Shown one piece after another: positions 62,907-64,000 of a stretch of DNA of 64,000 bases. The notes beneath the pieces were generated by a model. It was not told the origin of the DNA, ran no database searches, and saw only the letters and a list, made by a program, of their open reading frames with translations. The translations under genes and the position numbers were made by a program. Origin of the DNA: Deltaproteobacteria bacterium (lineage in GTDB: Bacteria; Myxococcota; JACPTQ01). The stretch is taken from assembly GCA_016192705.1 (NCBI GenBank), contig JACPTQ010000072.1, positions 6,611 to 70,610 on the forward strand. The letters run 5' to 3'. The stretch's first letter is position 1, and every line of letters starts with the position of its first letter.

Positions 62907-64000
62907 CTATTCGCCCGAAATGAAAGTGGGTGTTGAACGCGAAATGTTGTCTCCCGTCCCAAGTACGCCATAGTAGTTATCGCCCCAGCACTTCACCGCG
63001 CCTTCAACGGTGAGAGCGCAGGTGTGCCAGTGGCCGGTGGCAATGGCGGTAACGCCCGACGACAGCCCGCTTACCGACGTCGGTGTGGAAAACGAATATC
63101 CTCCCCAACACAACACGCCGCCATCCGACGTTAAGGCGCAGGTTTGGTACGGAGCTGCGGAGACCTGGGTGACGTCGGTAAGTCCCAACACATCGACGGG
63201 CGCCAGGCGATTCGTCGTCGTTCCGTCGCCAAGTTGACCGTAATCGTTTTTGCCCCAGCACTTGACGCGACCGTCTACCATGCGTGCGCAGGTGTGCGTT
63301 GAGGATGCGGCGAGCGTTGAAACGCCGGAAAGCCCGACGACATCGACAGGTGTTAAACGTATGGTCGATGTGCCATCACCAAGCTGCCCAACGTTGTTCG
63401 TTCCCCAACATTTGACGCCACCGCCTTGCATCACCGAACAGACGTGTGTTGAGCCAGTCGCGATCGATTTGGCGCCGGCGACGTCGACAACGTCCGTCGG
63501 TCTCGATCGACTCATCCACGTTCCGTCGCCAAGCTGACCGGTCCCGCCGTAGCCCCAGCACTTCACGCCACCGTCTGTGGTCAATGCACATGTTGAAACG
63601 CTGCCCGCTGAGACCTGGACGACCGGCTCGGTCAATCCGACGACATCGATCGGCAAGGGGTATCTGCCGCCCGAAGTCCCGATGCCAAGCTGACCGTCGC
63701 CGTTACTCCCCCAACATTTGACGCCACCGCCACTCGTCACCGCGCACTTGTGGTCGCCAGCGACTGATGGAACGAGAACGCCTCCGTCGAGACCCTGGAC
63801 ATCGACGGGTATATTGCGGTCCATGTATGTGCCGTCGCCAACCTGGCCGTAATAGTTTCGTCCCCAGCACTTGGCCCCGCCGTCCCCGATCAAAATGCAT
63901 GTCCCGGATTCGCCGGCCGAGACCGCCGTTGCGCGGCAGCAGCCGCCCCCACACTTCACGAAGCCGTCGTCACACTTGGACGTGCATTGTCCGCTTCGAC
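62907..64000 (-). CDS. RCC1-repeat (beta-propeller) protein, N-terminus beyond window end
   Basis: Seven or more repeats with (Y/V)GQLGDGT signatures (NYYGQVGDGT, GDGQLGIGT, GTGQLGDGT, NNVGQLGDGT, NDYGQLGDGT). The reading frame stays open to the window edge. Confidence 0.7.
   Translation of the reverse strand, partial: RSGQCTSKCDDGFVKCGGGCCRATAVSAGESGTCILIGDGGAKCWGRNYYGQVGDGTYMDRNIPVDVQGLDGGVLVPSVAGDHKCAVTSGGGVKCWGSNGDGQLGIGTSGGRYPLPIDVVGLTEPVVQVSAGSVSTCALTTDGGVKCWGYGGTGQLGDGTWMSRSRPTDVVDVAGAKSIATGSTHVCSVMQGGGVKCWGTNNVGQLGDGTSTIRLTPVDVVGLSGVSTLAASSTHTCARMVDGRVKCWGKNDYGQLGDGTTTNRLAPVDVLGLTDVTQVSAAPYQTCALTSDGGVLCWGGYSFSTPTSVSGLSSGVTAIATGHWHTCALTVEGAVKCWGDNYYGVLGTGDNISRSTPTFISGE

Noticed and set aside
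1-64000. CRISPR arrays, rRNA, tRNA genes
   Set aside because: No regularly spaced short repeats with unique spacers. All repeats found are two-copy or simple hexamer arrays. No rRNA-like conserved blocks and no convincing cloverleaf T-arm/acceptor patterns in the intergenic regions inspected.

Overview
High-GC (about 65-68%) bacterial chromosomal segment. The gene content and style (pseudopilin-rich gsp cluster, many lipoproteins, D-A-G rich low-complexity secreted proteins) resemble Myxococcota/deltaproteobacterial genomes; this is an inference only.

Layout, start to end:
- 1-12.4 kb, housekeeping: N-terminally truncated alpha-2-macroglobulin (thioester CxEQ intact), CBS protein, 2-oxoacid:ferredoxin oxidoreductase alpha/beta, purH, a frameshifted purD and RNase R.
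- 13.2-28.1 kb, minus strand: a complete type II secretion operon in canonical gspC-D-E-F-G-H-I-J-K-L-M-N order. It has tight stop/start overlaps, an extra chimeric gene (GspD signal peptide fused to a GspC-type PDZ domain) created by a ~320-bp duplicated junction segment, and a gspF carrying an internal deletion plus frameshift.
- 28.3-35.2 kb, same strand, directly upstream: a 2323-aa secreted alpha-helical giant protein with a G13 homopolymer in its upstream region. Divergent from it is a Crp/Fnr regulator plus a class-II cyclic-nucleotide phosphodiesterase.
- 37-41 kb: a translationally coupled operon of accD, an FAD oxidoreductase, a GT2 glycosyltransferase and a polysaccharide deacetylase.
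- 41-64 kb, accessory-looking: smpB (no tmRNA found next to it); two copies of a ~520-550-bp MITE-like element with terminal inverted repeats and 9-bp target-site duplications, bracketing a lower-GC gene block; an M24 peptidase, cyaY, a polysaccharide deacetylase and a purple-acid-phosphatase-like phosphoesterase; an 828-aa lower-GC paralogue of the giant protein; a lipoprotein that fuses a 20-triplet collagen-like Gly-X-Y segment to an octaheme cytochrome c domain; an alpha/beta hydrolase gene with its own -10 box, bracketed by ~193-bp direct repeats that copy the 3' end of the cytochrome gene; an inverted hexanucleotide-repeat hairpin; an IS91-like transposase remnant; a repeat-rich lipoprotein and an RCC1-repeat protein.

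The most interesting candidate system is the T2SS operon with its duplicated gspC/gspD junction (soluble PDZ paralogue), the adjacent giant secreted protein family and the cNMP regulatory module. No CRISPR, rRNA or confident tRNA/tmRNA genes were seen. Everything is from reading the sequence and the ORF track; no database searches were run.
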